A DNA stretch of 63,946 bases, the filler included, from Octopus bimaculoides (taxonomy: Eukaryota): assembly GCF_001194135.2 (NCBI RefSeq). It is 5 parts of 4 records of this genome, joined end to end, with 100 filler letters (N's around TTAATTAATTAA, not from the genome) between each part and the next. Parts side by side here need not be neighbours in the genome. Positions count along the whole stretch, not along the records: positions 61,570 to 63,946 come from NC_068994.1; 4 more parts are not named here. One strand, given 5' to 3'. Every line of letters starts with the position of its first letter. Positions within the stretch are counted from its first letter, which is position 1. Positions 62,744 to 63,946 of the stretch are shown in pieces. The notes under the pieces were generated by a model. The model was not told the DNA's origin. It did no database searches and worked only from the letters and a program-made list of their open reading frames with translations. The position numbers and the translations under genes are program-made.

Positions 62744-62984
62744 CTCTAATCTGTAATGTGTAATTCGGCGCTTCCTTTTCGCAGCCAAGCAGTTTGACTG
62801 TAAAACCACCCAGAGCCAAGGTCTGACCTGTCTGCTTGTAAATCGTTGCACTACAGGATGTAGAAACGATTTAGAAATCAATGTTTTTTTCTCTGATGGA
62901 ATTAGCATCGTGCTGGTAGGTTGGTTGTTATTCATTAATAATATACAAACGCATGGAAGGAAAACCTCTCTCTCCCTATCACAC

Positions 62985-63135
62985 TCTTTCGCTCTTTTTC
63001 GCTCTTTTTCGCTCTCTTTCGCTCTTTTTCGCTCTTTCGCTCCCTTTCGCTCCCTTTCGCTCCTTTTCGCTCTCTATCGCTCTGTTTCGCTCTTTTTCGC
63101 TCCCTTTCATGCTCTTTCGCTCTCTTTCGCTCTAC
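62985..63135 (+). repeat. Degenerate ~10-bp minisatellite (tcgctctttt)n
   Basis: Directly visible. Confidence 0.9.
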
Positions 63136-63179
63136 CGCAACTTTCCGTCGGGTTGAAAAAATTTAGAAAAAAACTAGCA

Positions 63180-63571
63180 GTAATAGTAGTAGTAGTAGTA
63201 GTAGTAGTTGAAGTAGGGACAGCAGCAATAACCTCAGTATTAGCAGTAGTAGTAGTGGCTGTGGTAGTAGTGGTATTAGTTGTGGTATTATTTGTGGTGT
63301 AGTGGTGGTGTAGTGGTGGTTAGTGTTGATAGTAGTACTTGTAGAGGTGGTGGTGGTGGTGGTGGTTATAGTAGTAGTGGTGGTGGTGTTGGTTGTTGTA
63401 GTAGTAGTAGTAGTAGTAGTGGCATCATTACCATCACGTTACCATTATACCTACTATGCCAGTAATACTACAGGGTTGCACCCAACCACTGTACCACCCT
63501 CTCCCTCCAACCACCCCTTCAAAACCACCCCTCTCACAACCACCCCTCACAACTCCTCACACCACAACCTC

Positions 63572-63615
<44 letters not shown>

Positions 63616-63946
63616 TACATATACATACAGACATATATTCATACACACATTCACGCACACACATAAATACATATAAGAGCGTTTTGAGCACTTTTAAGGT
63701 AGTCATATCATAAATGTAACATACGCCCTCAAGAGGTACACCGCCGTATGTGGTCGATATCCTGCCGTGTATCAGTGAAGTGGTAATATTTTTAATATTG
63801 CCCATATCAGTGAAATTCATTAACAACGGCACGCCCTTTCCAACATCAAATTTATTTTTCGGTGCCTTCTTCTTCTTCTTCTTCTTCTTCTTCTTCTTCT
63901 TCTTCTTCTTCTTCTTCTTCTTCTTCTTCTTCTTCTTCTTCTTCTT
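63180..63946. repeat. Microsatellite-rich end: (GTA/GTG)n, (TA)n, (CTT)n
   Basis: Directly visible. Similar simple repeats occur throughout the window, e.g. 3717-3762, 8970-9230, 11375-11445, 47270-47400 and 53460-53560. Confidence 0.95.

Noticed and set aside
62804-62930. + strand acceptor followed by the open frame AKQFDCK...EINVFFSDGIS as a possible SIRT4 or copy B exon
   Set aside because: It lacks the SIRT4 CxxC/KPD motifs, has no recognisable homology, and the donor is ambiguous.
1-63946. CRISPR arrays, rRNA, operon-like prokaryotic or viral systems
   Set aside because: There are no repeat-spacer arrays, rRNA-like sequence or dense ORF blocks. The window is intron- and transposon-rich animal DNA.

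Overview
This is AT-rich, repeat-dense animal genomic DNA from a gapped short-read scaffold. The SINE families, TTAGGG tracts and microsatellite load suggest an octopus; that is an inference and was not searched. About 700 nt of one recognisable gene is visible: the large coding exon of the mitochondrial sirtuin SIRT4 (+, ~27613-28311). Its remaining exons are not visible in the window. The most notable structure is a head-to-head inverted duplication of an unannotated spliced gene. Copy A (-) has exon 1 ending ATG|GTAAGT at 37147 and a phase-0 exon 2 starting at 33248. Copy B (+) has exon 1 ending at 39808 and exon 2 starting at 44011. Both encode M-TDPAPQLSPKVSPSSSPSK..., a basic S/T/P-rich N-terminus with 8 S/T-P sites, KKKK and an RRL motif. 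The exons are almost identical between copies (exon 2: 2 differences, both synonymous), while the introns are diverged and carry different transposons. A compact NRF1/ETS/YY1-like motif cluster lies between the arms. The rest is transposon debris: RTE, L1/Tx1 and CRE-like LINE remnants, maT and mariner fragments, a mini-Helitron, hAT/piggyBac/Mutator-like MITEs, a 1.2-kb foldback element, GG-terminated TIR elements with telomeric repeats, and several tRNA-derived SINE families. All alignments were done by eye, and identities are approximate unless counted.
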